From Strigamia acuminata (taxonomy: Eukaryota): a stretch of DNA of 64,000 nt. Under the pieces are notes generated by a model. The model was not told the origin of the DNA. It worked only from the letters and a program-made list of their open reading frames with translations, and did not search any database. Within the stretch, counting starts at the first letter, position 1. Each line of letters opens with the position of its first letter. A program made the position numbers and the translations under genes. The DNA lies in NCBI GenBank assembly GCA_949358305.1, contig OX442314.1, forward strand, positions 5,270,001-5,334,000, given 5' to 3'. Below, piece by piece: positions 13,509 to 28,800 of the stretch.

Positions 13509-13887
13509 TTAACGACGATTTACGAAACAGACTCTGAACCAATTAAAAGTGTTTTGAATGCAAAAATAGAACGATAGTATTGACATTCCCAAACCTAATC
13601 CGAGAATGCTGCCGATATCGCTTAAGAATTGGGACATTGGATATTTCTGTTTCTCCTTTATGGTTTCGGTCAAACTATCAACTAATTGAAAGCCCGCAAA
13701 CGTGTAAAAAGTGATTGGTAACTTATTCCCACGAAAAATTGTTTGGTGAAACTTATTTTCGCAAGGCCGTTGACATTTGCAATGTTTTTGATTCGAGGCG
13801 TAGTTATTGAAGTACATTAGATGAGTGGTAGTAACATCTTTTGTAGTGTTGCAATCTGGTAAATTTGATGCTGTCATGTAAGGTAAT
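13509..13887 (-). CDS. Last exon (11) of the DEG/ENaC gene: thumb cysteines and TM2 of domain 2
   Basis: tttcag|A TTA CCT TAC ATG... reads LPYMTASNLPDC...CKCQRPC...SDIGSILGLGLGMS; stop at 13509-13511. Confidence 0.88.
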
Positions 13888-16800
13888 CTGAAAGGTCGTT
13901 ATAACAAGTAATTAAGAAATAGATGACTATAAATGTGGCAATAAATAAAAATGAATGGAAAACAAGCAAACATAGATGTTTGGATTAGGGTTTCTCAAAA
14001 TCGGGACTTTTGGAAAAACCGGTATTTCGGTATTCAATATTCAAAAAACCGGTAGACCGGTATTTTTCGATAATTAAGTAAAATAAAATAGCTAATGTAA
14101 AATACTTTTATTTTAATCGTAATGTTTTAATTGTAATTTTTGTTTATTTTTATTTAAATGTTATTTTCAATGGGTTGTAGAAGTTTGATGAATGTGGGAT
14201 TGTTTTGTTATCACTATCAGGTGTTGGTTTTATTAGTTGAAATTAAGAATTCTTTTTTTTTAAATTCTCATTTTTAAGTTAAAACACTCGGTAAATTCTC
14301 ATTTGGAAGTTAAAACACTCGGTAAATTCTCATTTGGAAGTTAAAAAATCAATAAATTCTCATTAAAAAATTGATAATTTTCATTTTTAAGTTAAAAAAT
14401 CGATAAATTTTTGTTTTAATGTGAAAAAAATCAATTAATTTCTAATTTTTACTTATAAAAATCAATAAATTCCTAATTTTTACTTATAAAAATCAATAAA
14501 TTCACATTTTTAAGTTAAAAAATCAATAAATTCAAATTTTTAAGTTAAAAAATCAATAACTTTGCATTTTAATGTTTAAAAAAATCTCATTCAACGTGTG
14601 TTATAAATGTCACTATTGTAGTGACACCTAACGGAAAAAACCGGTACCAATATCGAATTAAAGACGGTATTCGGTATTCGGTATTTTCTTGACAAATACC
14701 GGTTTTTGATACCGGTATTTACCGGTAGAGAAACCTAGTTTGGATGGATATAAACATTCATGGCAAATCACCAAATCAGCATTGAGATGTGAATAAAATA
14801 AAATGTGCAATAAAATTGCCTATACTCAAAACCACTCCAAGGTTGATGTATTTCCCGAGCCGTATCACTGGTGTACTGGCACAAAAAGTAGCTCACAACT
14901 CCATATTTGTAAAAAAAGTCCAGACATGTGATTGATTACCAACATTGTCAAAGGTACAGAACTACTTTTCCGCGTAGTAGAACACTGTACACAGCTAGGC
15001 GTGAACAGGCAGAAATACATCAACCTTGGAGTGGTTTTGAGTATAGTATACCTGCAGTTCATGCTTCTAAATAAATTGTTTTGTATACAAGCATTTTTAC
15101 ACATCAAATATGTAGTTTTGTTATCTTCACATGGATTGCGCTTTGTATTTCTTTGTATAGTCTGTTTTATAAAATAAAGTTCAGTATACATTACACATGA
15201 CGTACCGTATTTTTGGTATACAGGGGGGAAGAAAAGTCTGTTCCCTTCAAATTTTTCCTGAGAAATTGCATCTACTGTAGGTCAACTTTGATGAAGCGAT
15301 TGTATAGGAATTGGGTGAGAGCAATCCAATGATGTCATCAAATTTGACCTTGAAGGCCATTTTCAAGGTTATTCACTTGCTAACTTCTAAACCAATCACA
15401 TTAGAGGAAAATTTTCAATTACAAAGTTGTAGATCACCATCAAATTAGACTATCCAATTTATCTTAGTCATCTTCAGTTAAATGATTTCTTTTTAAAAAG
15501 GAAACAAATCAGAAAAAAAATCAGCAAATGGAAATTTTTTATTCTTGTAAAAAAAAATTCTTGAGGCATTAAAAAAAGATAGTGATTTTTCTTCTGTACT
15601 TGCACAATAATGCACATTTGAATACATTTATTGAAGTAATTCAGTATTTTTGTAGTAGAAATTTAATTTTTGTCTCAATGGCTGACTTTATTTCAGCTGA
15701 TTTGTTTTCATTTTAATAACAAAAACATTTAACTTAAATTGACTAAGATAAATTGGCTAGTATTAATTTGATGGTGCTCTACAACTTTGCAATTGGAAAT
15801 TTTGTTCTATCCTGATTGGTTTAGAAGTTAGCAAGTGAATGACCTTGAAAATGACCTTCAAGGTCAAATTTGATGACATCATTGGATTACTCTCACCCAA
15901 CTTCCTATATGATCGCTTCATCAAAGGTAGCCTAGATTGTTGCGGCTGCAACTCGAATTGTAATATTGGACAAATAAAAGTTACTTTGAATTCTCGATGT
16001 TTCCGAAATTGGGCTGATTCTTGAAGATGACAAATAAAGCACACGTTCACACGGATTTACATTTGACAGTAATTAATTTATTCAAAAACGGAAATAGGTA
16101 ATGTTCTATTCCCTACCCTTAACTCTAACAATAAATCATCCCAGTACAGAGTGGGTCACCGAAGTGACTTTCTGGTGGCCAAACATGGCGCCACCTACAA
16201 TTCCCCCTAAATGTTGACTTCTACAGGAACTCCAGTTTCCACAGTCCCCCCCTCCCGGGGACGTTCCAACTCGTTTTCAATCTCCAGTGGACACAGTCGT
16301 TGTATCGGTCGGCGAAGCTTGGTTCAGTTGGGAAGCTGTAACTCACAAGATCTAATTAATCCGTCGCGACCGACTTTTACGTCGGTTATTCTTCCTATTT
16401 TCCAAGTAAGTCTTGGCTGATTTTGATCTTCAATCAGAGCCAAGTCGCCCACTCGAAACTTTGCGTCGCTCGAATTTCCCCTTTGTTGTCGCAGCTCGAC
16501 GAGGTACTCATGCGTCCACCTCTTCCAGAAGTGGGCAATAATCGTCTGGCGTTGTTTCCAAATTCGTAAAATCTGGGCCTGTGTCTCCGGTCGATCTACA
16601 GTGCTAGGGACGTTAGGTAAACTTATTAGACGCTTTTCCACAAGAAAATGTGCGGGTGTGAGTGGATCTGGTTCCGTTGGACTATCGTAGACATATGTCA
16701 ACGGCCGTGAGTTTATCACAGCCTCCACTTCGACCAACACAGTCAAAAGTCCCTCGTAGCTTAGGGACGTGCGACCGATTGTTTTCTTTAAAGCGATTTT

Positions 16801-19800
16801 CACCGACCGCACCATGCGTTCCCAAAAACCGCCCCACCACGGCGCGGTCTCGACGATGAACTTCCACGTAATTCTTCGCACGTCTAGAAACTGTCGAAAT
16901 CGACCCACCAACACTTCGTTTAAAAACACACTTAATTCACGGTCAGCTCTTTTAAAAGTTTTTGCGTTATCTGAGTAAATGGTCGTTGGTATTCCTCTTC
17001 TGCCGACAAACCGCTTAAACGTATCCACAAATCGATCCGTCGACAAATTCGAAAGTATTTCTAAGTGTACGGCTCTCGTGACCGCGCACGTAAACAATGC
17101 GATATAAAGTTTTTCACCTTGATTGGAATACAGTGGCCCTGCAAAATCCACGCCACTTGTCTCGAATGGTGCACTCGGTGTTATGCGGTCGAGTGGTAAC
17201 AGTCCCCATCGTTCCTTCGCCAATCGTCCCTGCATTTTTTGACAGAGTACGCATTTACTCAGTACCGCCTTGATTGTCTTTCTGGCTCGTGGTATCCAGA
17301 ATCGTTCACGAAAACTGCTGAGTGTGTCTGCCAGTCCTCCGTGCATTGTTCGTTCGTGCTCTTCTGTAATAATCAATTTTGTTATACAGGGTGGAACAAA
17401 AGTCTGTTCCCCTCGAATATTTCCTGAGCAATTGCATCTAGGCCAACTTTGATGAAGCGATCATACAGGAAGTTGGGTGAGAGCAATCCAATGATGGCGT
17501 CAAATTTGACCTTGGAGGCCATTTTCAAGGTTATTCACTTGCTAACTTCTAAACCAATCAGGTTAGAGCAAAAAAGTCAATTACAAAGTTGAAGAGCACC
17601 ATTTGTTTAGTCAATATCCACTTTTAAATCTTATTGTTACCTTTTCTTATCTTGTGAAAAAAGTGAAAACATAAATTTCAAAACTTCCTCAGTTACTAGA
17701 AAAAAATCAAATCAAATCAAATTGAAGTTTTCTTTAACTTCTGTATTAGAATAATGAGGATAAGGAAAGGATAATTAGTCCAGTATTTGCTCAATGTGCC
17801 GACCACCAGCACCAAGACACAATTCTGCTCGGTTTTGTGTAGATTTGTACACTGCATCGATTGTTTGTGGTGTGATTCCAGCACATGCTGCTGTTATTCG
17901 ATCTTTGATTTCATCTATAGATGCTGGCTGAGTTTTGTAGACAACATCTTTTACATGACCCTAAAGAAAGAAGTCTAATGGTGTTAGGTCAGGAGATCTT
18001 GGTGGCCATGCTATTGGCCCTCCTCGTCCAATCCAATGAACTCCAAATAAGGCATTTAAATGCTGACGAGAAGCAAGTGCGAAATGTGGAGGGGCACCGT
18101 CATGTTGATACCACATTTGACGTGCCGAGGCCAGTGGTAAGTTGTCAACATACTCCTCAACTGTATTTGTCAAGATGAGATCACAATAACGCTGGCCTGT
18201 TAAAGTGCCATTGAAGAACACAGGACCAATGATTTCTTTGTTGTAGATTCCACACCACACATTACAGCGCCAATTTACTTGGTGTGCTACTTGGCGTAAC
18301 CATCTAGGATTTTCTGAAGCCCAATAATGGAGATTGTGTCTGTTGACAGTTCCATTGCGTGAGAATTGGGCCTCGTCTGACCACAAGACTTTTTGAGGAA
18401 ACAGTTCATCATTATCAGTTTGGGTTAGGAACCAGTCACAATACTCTGCTCGAGTATTGAAATCAGTTCCATGAAGTTCTTGGTGGCAGTGTAAATGGTA
18501 TGGATGGAAATGATTGGTATGCAGTACTCTTAACACAGATGTATGGGCACAACCAACATCATTAGCAATTGCTCTGCTGCTGAGATGTGGGTTTGCTCCT
18601 ACTGCTGCCAGAATTGTTGTGCTCATGTCATCATTTGTCACTGTTCTTGGCCGACCTTGTCGAGGACGTGACTGTACACTTCCCGTTTCCCGGAATCTCT
18701 GAACAATTGATCGAAGTGTTCGTGGTACTGGATGACGTCGATTTGGATATTTTGCACTGTACAACCTAGTTGCGGCTGCACCATCTTCATTTGCTGCACC
18801 ATAGCAGAACATCATGTCTACCATTTCTTGGTTTGTGTATTCTGACATAATGTCTGAAATTTGGATCTGGAAATTTTTTGAGTTTTTCTGGGAAATGAAC
18901 GTGAGAACTTTGTACTGAAAAGCAAGCACTTATTAGGATCAGCTTGTAATGAATCGCGTTTCTAAGATTAAATTAGACACGTTTTGAAATGCAGTATCTC
19001 AGGAGCCTGGTTTGAGTACCTGCCCGGCAGTCAATGTACACCGGAAGTTGGTGGCATACACTCCAAATACCTCTAGTCTTTACACAATTTTATTTTTTAC
19101 CGGGCCTTACCAAGCCTTAAAAATGGAGACAGAAATGTTGAAACCAAAGAAATTTGGAAATTGACGCGTACTGACCAAGCAAATGCAAGGCAGCACGCCC
19201 GAAAAGAAACTAGACACGGAAATAATGGCTACATAAATCTTGCCCGGTTCTGAGGCACACGTCACGTTGCTAAAATAAACAAAGGGAGAAAACAAAGGAA
19301 TTCAAATGGAATAAAAACGAACGAAATGCGTATTCAAATGTGGTGAAAATGGAAAAAACTCAGTGGTCAGGAAATTGGTCCACACTGAGCAATGGGAAAG
19401 CAAAATATCAGCTCCCAAGTGAATTATGCAGGCTTGTGAGAATACCGGCTAGTTAAAGCTCTTACACATTCAAAGCTCAAAGCACAACTGACTTGAAAAA
19501 GGAAAAAGAGGTGAGAGCTAAACTTGGTCCAGAATAGACTGGGCCAAGCTTAACCAATCACGGAAAGGTCAGGAAACCAATCAAATGCATCGGTGCATAC
19601 CAAATGGGTATGACTCATGACGATGCATTGAAGGTTTAGAAATATGCAAAACAAAACATAGAGAAAAGAAAGTAAACCAGGAAAGAAAGGTCGAAATTGA
19701 AACAAAATAAGAAAAAGTTAGGAGAAACTAACATAACAAACTTCAACACAAAATAAGGTAGGACTAGGAATTAGGTTTAATGAACGAACAAAACAAACAA

Positions 19801-22800
19801 TGCACGAATTATGCCAACAAAACAATTGGAAACACAGGGGAAAAAGCGCGTAGAACTCGTGCGCGTAACCCTGGACCGTGACAAGCTGAACTGACAGTTA
19901 AGTTTTTATGTTCAGTTAACATGCTTAGTTTCTGATTTTTTTTTGTCAAATTTTTTTTTGAGTTTTGAAATTTATATTTTCACTTTTTTCACATGATAAG
20001 ATAAGGTAACAATAAGATTTAAAAGTGGATATTGACTAAACAAATGGTGCTCTTCAACTTTGTAATTGACTTTTTTGCTCTAACCTGATTGGTTTGGAAG
20101 TTAGCAAGTGAATAACCTTGAAAATGGCCTTCAAGGTCAAATTTGATGCCATCATTGGATTGCTCTCACTCAACTTCCTATATGATCGCTTCATCAAAGT
20201 TGGCCTAGATGCAATTGCTCAGGAAATATTTGAGGGGAACAGACTTTTGTTCCACCCTGTATAATTGTTACACGGTAAAATGTATGGCTCTCGGATGTCG
20301 CGTTCAATTTCTGCTAGTGCCCATCTGTGTGTTGCACGCATCACTTCGTCTTCGTCTATCGTCGGGGAAAATTGCAACAGCAGTGAGGTTTTTTCTACGA
20401 GTTCTCCTTTCTGTAGACACTTTAGCTCTCAATGAAAATAAAAGTTTTGTAAGTATTTTATCCAGTATCTCTCTCCTTTTTCAATCTCGTCTCCGCTCAA
20501 TTCTCCCGTGATTTTATCTTCACTTCGCAAGTTTTTAACAAACCGTAATACCCAAGCAGTCGTTCTCTTTAATTTCGACCATCGACTGAACCTTGTGTAG
20601 TCAATTATCTGGATTTGTTCATTTATCGTGTTCACTTGGACTTCTTCGTTCGTATCCGTTGTTCTCACAATGTCAGTTTCAGTTGGCCAATTCGAATCGT
20701 CGCCACTCAACCACTGCGGTCCTTTCTGCCAAAAATCACTATTGGTTAGTTCTTGTACCGTTACGCCTCGTGTTAGTAGGTCGGCCGGATTCTCCTTGCC
20801 CGGGCAGTGGCGCCAGCAGTTGGTGTTTACTGTTTCCCCGATTTCTTTTACGCGATTGAATACAAATGTGACTGGACGATTCTTTGTTTCTCGTAACCAA
20901 TGTAGCACTATTTTCGAATCGGTCCAAATTGTTACATTGTCGCATCCGATTGTCGACTGCAGCGTCGGCACAAGTCGGGCTGCCAGCAATGCTCCCATCA
21001 GTTCTAATTTAGGAAGGGTTAGTTCCTTTAGCGGTGCTACTCTGCATTTAGAAACGATAAAAGTAATGTTAATTGCACTTGTTTTCGAGTCCAGGACTCG
21101 AGCATAAGCTACTACGCCGTATGCCCGAGGACTAGCGTCGCAGAATATGTGTATTTCTTTTTTTACATCAATTCCTCCCCAGTTTAATAAATTTCGCGGA
21201 ATTTTTAAATCATTTAGATATGTTATCTGAGCACACCATTCTTCCCAAGTTTTTTTCACATATTCTGGGATTTTCTCGTCCCATCCAACCCCAAGTTTCC
21301 ATAATTCTTGAAATAAAATTTTAGCAGTGACCACAAAGGGATGAGCAAATCCCAATGGGTCGAAAATCATAGCTGTTGTTCTAATAATTGATCGTTTTGT
21401 GTATTTCGTTAATTCGACCCCGTTAATTAATTCAGTAATATCTAAACTTAATTCATCGGTTCTTGTGTTCCATCCCACCCCCAAAACTTTAGTCTCTTGT
21501 TGAGAGAGCGATTCTTCACAAGTCGGGTCATCAGTTACAATTATTTTTCTCAGTTCTTCACAATTGGTCTTCCATTTTGTCAGTCTCATACCCGCCTTTC
21601 TCAGGATCTCACAACTTTCACGGTACAGTTTTATAGCGGTCTTTAATTTGTTTATACTTGAAACGAGGTCGTCTACATACCGCTCGTCTTCCAATCGCTT
21701 ACACGTTTCCGGATATTCTTCCTTAAAGTCCTCGACATGATGATCGATGGTGGCCGAGAGGAGAAAAGGGCTGGGAGATGTGCCGAACGGTACTCGGGTT
21801 TGTCTGAGTTCTCTTATCTTCGCCGGTTCGGTTCCATTCCAGTTTTCCTCGAGCCAAAGAAATCTCATGACATCGCGTTCCTTTTTCTTCAGATGGATGC
21901 GATGGAAAGCTTTTTCAATATCCGCGATGGCAGCGATGATTCCTGTTCTAAATTTAAGAATCACGTTTAGTAATTTTGGCAGTAAGTTCGGTCCTTTGTA
22001 TAAACAGTCATTCAACGAGAAGCATCCTTTCGCGTGTGATGATGCATCGTACACAATTCTGAGCTTGGTCGTCGCTCTTGTCTCGTCGATCACGGGTCTG
22101 TGTGGAATGTAATAAATTGGATTATTTTCTTCGGTTTCTTGTGGTACTTCCTCGACAATTCCAGTTCTAAGTTGTTCCGTGATAACTTCTTTGTATTGTA
22201 AATACAGCTTCGGCTTTTTCCTAAATCGGTTGACCAAACTCCAAAATCTTTTTAATGCTGGCTGTCGGTTGTCGTCCAGTTCTTTTGCGTTTAGCTTCCA
22301 CGGCAATTCGACTTCGTAGTGATCTTGTACCCATTCGATGCTTTCCTTGAATCGTTTTAACGTTTGTTCTTCGTCCTCGTTTCGTTCTACGGTTTCGTGT
22401 TTAATTCCAATCGATTCAAGACTCCAAAATTTTTCCAAAAGTTCATTAGTATTATCAATTACGAGGACTTTGTTTACCCGTACGAGCGCCGATACTGTCG
22501 CTTCATTCTCCCCAGATGAGCCGTGTAGCGTCCAACCGAAAATTGTTTCGACCGCCATCAAATTTTCTTCAAGTCGGTGTTGTTTTCCGGTTGTCACCTT
22601 CCAAAAGTTGTCTACACCGATCAGAATTGAAACGTCGTCGTCCATTCGTACGCTGTTGTTGTCTGCTAGTTTGATGTCGTATTTCTTTCGCTTATTTATT
22701 ATTCCTTGATCGGTTTTGCCCTTCAACGCTGGTGTGATCCACGGAGTCTCCAATGCCTCGATTTCTAAACTACAAGCAATGTTATCGCAATTATTTATCA

Positions 22801-25800
22801 ACAGTTTCACTCGATTCCTCTTCGTAATTGTTGGGTCTGTCGCTCCGAATGTTAACAATGCGAGGTTTTGTTCACCAACTCTTTCTAAGTTAAGTTCTCG
22901 AGACAATTTCTCCGTAATAAATGTCCTTTGAGACCCGCCGTCCAAAAAACACTGCACTTTACGCTTTTTCGATTGTCCACACGCATCCACAACGACCACT
23001 TGCAAATACAATACAGATACCGGTTGTTCTTGTTCCAAAACGGCTGATGAAATGCGAGTGACTTCCTCCGTAGTTTTCTTCTCTTCGGCGTCGCACAGGT
23101 AAGTGTGGTGGTTCTTTTCGCATTTCTTGCATCGAAATCTGGTTTTGCATTTGAAAGCAATGTGTCCCTCCTTGAGACAACGGTAACACCTCCGAGACTT
23201 CATACACGCAGCTTTACGTTCGGTCAGAGTCAGCGGACAGTCTGGGCTCGTGTGTTCTTCTTTTTGGCAAAACGTGCATTTGTACGTAATCGCTGCCAAC
23301 GCTGAGGCGGAACCAAGTGTGTTAGTTTTTGTATTTATTTTCTTATTTACCTCTTCTTGTTTTCTCGTAATCGCTTCTTTCTTCTCGATCAAGTTGTTTT
23401 TCTCACTCATCGCTTTCGTCCTCTCGCGCATTTCGATTTCGAATCGGAAAAACTTCAAAAAATCTGTCATCGACCATGGTAATTCGCCCCTGGATCTGGA
23501 GAAGTCGTGTTGCATCGAATCTGGCGTCGCACGAGTTAAAATTGGGCCCAAAAGTGCCCCAAACGTTGATGCATCTACTCCTAAATTTCCTAAACTTGTT
23601 ATGTGGAGGTCGCAATAATCATAAAGTTCTCGAAGTGCGACAACGTCGTCTGCATTTTTCACGGGCTTCACCTCGAGGAATTTTTGCATGTGTGCATTTA
23701 TAATCAGGTCCGGCTTACCAAATCTACTTGCCAACAAAACGACCGCACTGTCGTAATTCTCGTCTGTTACCGTGTGTGGAAACTGGCGGTTTCCAAAGTG
23801 AAATAATTTAGTTGAGTGTTTTGACCACCGTGGCACAAGTGAAAACTTACTTGTGACCCGGATTAAATGTATTCTTGGAATTTAAGGATTAACTTAATCC
23901 TCTTGTTTTATATATCTAAAATTTTGAATAAAAAACTCACTGTCTTTTCAAATGTAACCTTGTCTACATCGTTTCTTTGAGTCTACAACAAACTTCGATC
24001 CGAATCCGACTCCATCCGTCGTTTTAACAAGTTTTAGGAGTGTTTCATTTATACAAGTTGCTCGTGCAACGTCTCACCGTGAGTCCACTTATCGCATTGG
24101 CGGCCAATCCTTCGACCAACGACCGTAAATACACGAACTTCGCCGTTTTGGGAAGCGAAATGTTATTATGCACGCTCAACTGGAAGTCTCCTTAGAACTG
24201 AGTCCACGTTTCGGGTGTTCCCTTAAATTTGACAATTTCCAGCTTCGGCAATTTCATGCTTGTGCATTGTTGGCCTCCGACTGGCGTATTAACGAGAACG
24301 GGATTAATAGGTGGCAAATTAGGATTTGGTACTTGCGTTTTCAGTTGTGTGATTTCTTTCAAAGCCAGTTCCAACGTGACTTTTGCTGCTACCAATTCGT
24401 CTTGAAACTCCTCGGCTGCGATAGTGTCGTCTGCGACCTCGTCAATTTCGGTGATTGCGTCGGCCACCAAAATGTCCAGTTTTTCGATCTTTGGTCCCTT
24501 TAAAAGTAACTGTGCTTGTATGCACAAAAGCTTTACTTCATTTACCGGATCTTGCTTCAGCTCATTCTGTTAGATTTAATTGTTGTAAATTATCATTTGT
24601 TTGACGTTTTATCCAAGTTTGTAATGTTTGCGACACGTTATGCGCGTGTCATTCTATTATTGTAAAAACTTTTTCTGAAGAGTAAAGACGTGTTTTTCTG
24701 TTCCGTTAACGTGTGATCTTTTAATTCGATTTGGACATTCGAAATACAACAAGTGGTAGCAGAGGGTGGTTTTCTTCGAAGAGAAGCTCTACACGGCACT
24801 CCGACGATATTTTCGAGTGTTTCTGCAAGTACGAAGGAGAAACGTGACGGAATCGAACGTAACGAAAATCGAACGTTGTGAAAAATGGCGGATTCGATCT
24901 CGGGCGGTTCGTTAAATCGAATTGAACTTTTGAAACCAAACAACTACTTCATCTGGCAGTTCAAGGTAAAGACTTTATTGGCTGCAAAGAGCTTAACAAA
25001 AATGATAACGGAGCCAGCAGAAGTAAAGCCAAACCAAGGCGATGCAGATTATGCAAATAAACTCGTCAAGTACGACGAATGGGCGAAAAAGAACAACGAG
25101 GCGCTCGGCATCATCATTTTAACAATGTCGGATGAGGAAGCAGCGAACTGCATGAATATGACCGAAGCAAAAGCGGTGTGGGATGCTTTAAAAGCATTAT
25201 ATGCCGGTGCGACCGAGGAGCAGCAAATCGACGCGGCAACTGAACTGGCGGAATTGCGCATGAAAAATGACGAAAACGTGGACAGCTACTTGAACAGAGC
25301 CAAGTCCATTCAAGCCAGATCTAAAGCAGTTGGTCGAGACGTGAAAAATCGTGAGTTGATGTTATTTGTTACACGCGGACTTTTGCAAAAACACGAGCAT
25401 ATCGCGAGGAATTTCCGAACGAATGCAACGGCGACAATTGAAGAGTTGCGGCGGGCGTTGAAACTAGAAGAGCAACACTCAATATTCCGAACGAGGGGAC
25501 CAGCAATGGAAAACACAACAATGGCATTTCGGGCGCAAGTTGGCAAGAACTCTGGCGGCAAAAAGTTGAAAGGTGGGATTAAAATAGTATGTTACGAGTG
25601 TGGCAAAAGCGGCCATATTGCCAAAAATTGTTGGCAGCGCTATCCTGAGAAGCGACCAGCACAGGCAGCGCAACGAACCAAAGAAACGGCAAAAATTGCG
25701 CAAGTGGAGGAAGCAACAATACAGCATGCGCTCATTGTTGATTTGGAGAACGAGGACCACATTGATGATTGGATTTTGGATTCGGGCGCTTCTGCACATA

Positions 25801-28800
25801 TGTCAAGTAAACGTGGATTGTTCAGTTCATTTGTTGAAATGGAAACAATAGTCACGACAGCAAAGAAAGGAGTGAAGCTCATTTCTACAGGAAAGGGCAA
25901 CGTGATTTTAAATTGCCAATTGGATGGAGGACAGACAATGAAGATTTTGTTGATGGATGTGCTATTTATTCCAGAACTAAAGGGGAATTTGATGTCAGTT
26001 CCACGTTTGACGGCGAAAAATTACGGAATTTTCTTCAAAGGAAATTGGGCAGACATAAAGAGCCCAAATGGAGAAACAATTGCTAAAGGAATAAGAGATG
26101 GGAACATGTACCTGTTGCAGTTAACAAAAGAAGAACAGGTGAATGCAGTAACCACGACAACCAAGGAATCGAAGGAATTATGGCATAAACGCTTGTGTCA
26201 TATGAGCGAGCAGACGATGGATAAAATGACCAAAAAGGAAATGGTTCACGGTTTGGAGTACGTAGATGCACAATTGGAAAAATGCACGGCATGCATTTTG
26301 GGCAAGATGACCAGAAGTCCCTACAAGAAAATCAAGGAAAAACAATCAAACGAGATTTTACAATTGGTGCATGCAGATCTAATAGGACCGATTCAGGTTT
26401 CATCTTTGGCGGGAAGCAAATACGCATTAATAATGACGGAAGATTTCACACGCAAGAAATTCGTTTATTTCTTAAAGGAAAAATCGCAGACATTTGAGTT
26501 TTTTAAAACGTTTAAGGCGATGACAGAGAAACAAACTGGACAAAAATTGAAAAAATTCAGAAGTGACAATGGAGGCGAGTTTGTGAACGCGAATTTCAAA
26601 CATTTTTTCAATGAAGAGGGCATAATCCACGAACTGACAGTGCCATTTAATCCGTCCAGCAACGGAATTTCGGAACGGACGAATCGAACGCTCGTGGAGG
26701 CGACGCGGACATTACTGCTGGAATCAGGGTTACCATTGAGTTTTTGGGCAGAGGCTTTAGCCACGTCGGTGTACGTGAAGAATCGCTCTTTGACCAAACC
26801 AAACGGGGATCTAGTACCGGAGGAGATGTGGACGAAACGCAAGCAAGCAATAAATTTTTTGAGAAATTTTGGATGCGAGGCTTTCCTGCACGTCCCAGCA
26901 GAAAAACGGCAAAAACTCGACCAAAAGGCGAAACATGGGATTTTTATTGGCTATTCGGTTGATAGAAAAGCGTACAGAGTCTACGTTCCGGATGACAAGA
27001 AGGTACAAGAAGGAAGAACAGTTATATTTAACGAGAAAATTCGGGGAGCGGACATTTTTAGTTTAAACGAGAAAAATGAAAAACGACGATTTTGCCAAGA
27101 AATCGAGGATGAAATCATTGTTGCAGAGCCGAACGTGGATGACAACAACCAACAGCCAGCGGTTGCAGTCGAAGACGAACCACAACCAGAGCAACAGGCG
27201 GAGCAACAATTGGATCAACCAGCACGAGTTGGGAGGCCAGTGGGATCGACGAAGGCCGTACTCGAACAGCGCCACGCAGAGCAACTCGAACTGCGTGAAC
27301 AACAATTGCAACAAGAGGGAGTACGCCGCTCACAGAGAATTGCAGCGCAGCATGAAGCGGTCAATGCAGCAGTCGAAGCTGCAGATGAACTATTAGTAGA
27401 TGAGTTTTTTACACCGGAAACCTTTGACCAAGCAATGAACTGTGCCGACAAGGAAAGATGGAAAGAGGCAATGAACAGCGAAATTGATTCGTTACACGTA
27501 AACAACGTGTGGACCCTGGTCAAGAGAGAGAAGAAAATGGCAACAATCAAGAGTAAGTGGATATTTCGCATTAAGCTGAACGCCGATCGAAGCGTGAACA
27601 AATACAAGGCGAGGTTGGTGGCGGTGGGATATTCACAGCGAGCCGGAATAGATTTTACAGAAACCTTCTCACCGGTGGTCAGACTGGAGTCGCTTCGAAT
27701 CATCTTGTCCATGGTCGCGAAGCACAAATTATTCACAAGACAATTTGATATCAAGACAGCCTACCTTTACGGTCTGATTGACGAAACAATTTTCATGGAG
27801 CAGCCGGAAGGGTATGTGCAAGAGGATTTTGTTTGCAAGCTCGAACGCAGCCTGTATGGCCTGCGCCAATCGGGCAGATGTTGGAATCAACGACTGGACG
27901 AAGAACTGACGAAAATAGGCCTGACACCGCTAATAAATGACAGGTGTGTTTATGTTTACAAGAAGAGAAATGACTATCTTATTCTGGGAGTCTATGTGGA
28001 CGATATTTTGGCAGCGTTCACTCGACCAAAGATTTTGGATCGAATAATGAGACGTTTGAAAAGAGTTTTTGAAGTGATCGACATGGGAGAAGTGCATTTC
28101 CTACTAGGGATGGAAATTTCGATTACAGAAGCAGGAGTCTTTATTGGTCAACAGAAATACATTAGCGAAATTTTGGTGAAATATGACTTATTGGACGGGA
28201 TCGTCGCGAGCACGCCAATGGCGACCGGTCAGGACCTGAACGATTTTGAAAATTCGAAGAAAGTTGATCAGCAACTATATCAACAAATTTTGGGATCACT
28301 GATGCACGTGATGGTGGTCACCCGACCGGATCTATCATTTGCGATAAGCGCATTGTCGACGTATGCAAGGGATCCACGTCAAGTGCATTTCAGGGCAGCT
28401 AAACGTGTCCTGCGTTACCTGAAAAAGACAAGAGAAACGCGACTATTTTTTCCGAGTGAAGACGGAAATTTACAAGGTTTTGCTGATGCAAGCTGGTGCT
28501 CAACCCAAGAAGCGAAATCGTACACGGGAATAATCGTAAAAATCGGACTTTCAACAATAAGTTGGAAAACAAAGAAACAACGTCTCGTTGCGATGTCGTC
28601 GACGGAGAGCGAAATTTTGGCCATATGCGAACTGCTCAAATCCATAAAATGGGCACGTGATTTTCTATATGAAGTTGGAGAAGGAAGCAGTGTTCAAAGA
28701 AGTGTGCCAATCTACACAGACAGTTCACCAGCGATTCAAGTTTTGTGTGGGGCGAACCAATTTGGTCGCACAAAACACATTAATAGACATTTAATGTTTA

